Shown here: in pieces, positions 63,048-64,000 of the stretch
Position numbering within the stretch: the first letter of the stretch is position 1
Layout of the letters: each line of letters begins with the position of its first letter
Source of the DNA: Octopus vulgaris
Taxonomy: Eukaryota
Assembly (NCBI GenBank): GCA_951406725.2
Contig: OX597824.1
Coordinates: 69,502,001 to 69,566,000, forward strand
Direction: 5' to 3'
DNA: 64,000 nt
Notes under the pieces: model-generated
Seen by the model: only the letters and a program-made list of their open reading frames with translations
Databases searched by the model: none
Told to the model about the DNA's origin: nothing
Position numbers and translations under genes: made by a program

Positions 63048-63900
63048 TATTAGGCTGTGACAGTTGAAATGTCGTATTTGAAAGGTAACAATAAAATGTT
63101 TCAGAAGTGTTAAAGAACTGCTTTACTTAGTCAAAGTATGATCCATGTTCATTTATGACGTTTACAATACGGTGTTGTTGTTAATGTTTTTCTTTGTGAC
63201 AAAAATGAATAATGTCTAACCCCCTTCGAAGACCACCATACGGTGACCACTACCTTTTTGAGTGCAATGGTGATTTTGCAACTAATCTATGTCCTGTTCT
63301 CCTACTGATGTCAAATAGTATCCATTTCTCATCACATGTAATGATTCTATACAAAAATTGTTCTTTTTCCAGTCGCAAAAGGAATAAGGTGCATACTTCG
63401 AGGCGCCTACATTTTTGAATCTCGTTCAGTTGATGTGGGACCAACCTATCCATTTTCTTGACTTCTTCAATCTTTTTCAGGTGTCGAGAAACAGTTGAGC
63501 GAAATGTTTCGAACCGTTGTTCTTGGATTTTGTTCAGCTAAAGCATCATGCTTTGTAACTGATTTTGGTCTACCTCGTGTCTCATTTTCAAGGCTATCAT
63601 CTCCTGAACGAGATCTCTGGAACCGTCTCTGAACAGTTCTGATGTCAACAAAAGCATTGCCAAAGGTGCGCTTGATCTTCCGTAGAGCTTCTACAGCAGA
63701 GTGACCCAGTTTGTAATCATTCAAGAAAATCATTCAACATTCTTTGGGTGTTATCATTTTCATTAAGTCTATAGGTACGAATTGTGTATAGCAATATTGT
63801 TTGGGATGTAAAAGAGTCAAGATTAAAGGCAGTTGAGTTTTTAAATGACTGAAATAACAAGTAATTAAAAATACGATATTTCATGTGTGACGATACTATA
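63048..63900 (-). mobile_element. Internally deleted mariner transposon
   Basis: DYKLGHSAVEA..TVQRRFQR..SLENETRGRP, LVPHQLNE, RIITCDEKWILFD; decayed TIR TGAAATGTCGTATTT / AAATACGATATTTCA. Confidence 0.85.
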
Positions 63901-64000
63901 CTCTTAAATTTTCCATAACTCTAGCGACGTACACTGCCTCCTTTCTGTGTCTTCCCTCTCACTACTATAATAGCCTTAGTTACTCCGTGATGAGCTGGTC

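Overview
Eukaryotic, AT-rich, microsatellite-saturated DNA. The SINE families and repeat spectrum look like an octopus/cephalopod genome; this is my recognition, not a database result. I found no host protein-coding gene, rRNA, true tRNA or CRISPR array, and almost every ORF in the track is a translated microsatellite. The real content is transposable elements: many tRNA-derived SINEs (three main families); two mariner transposons (47361-48610 full length, 63048-63900 deleted); hAT-, mariner- and Mutator-type MITEs; a FLYWCH/MULE remnant; R4/Dong-like LINE pieces sitting in (TAA)n and (CATA)n; a fragmented Tx1-like LINE; and a CR1 tail. The standout is a young 5'-truncated Penelope-like element (PLE) on the minus strand at about 50486-54597. 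It carries RT thumb, Cys linker and GIY-YIG domains, a 2.7-kb microsatellite-mimicking 3' region with two GC-rich hairpin islands, and a terminal minimal hammerhead. The best candidate for an undescribed system is a set of short, (TA)n-embedded inserts bearing hammerhead or hammerhead-like motifs, several of them fold-backs. These include a three-copy conserved RNA motif with the hammerhead words in permuted order. All alignments and foldings were done by eye, and edge coordinates of decayed repeats are approximate.
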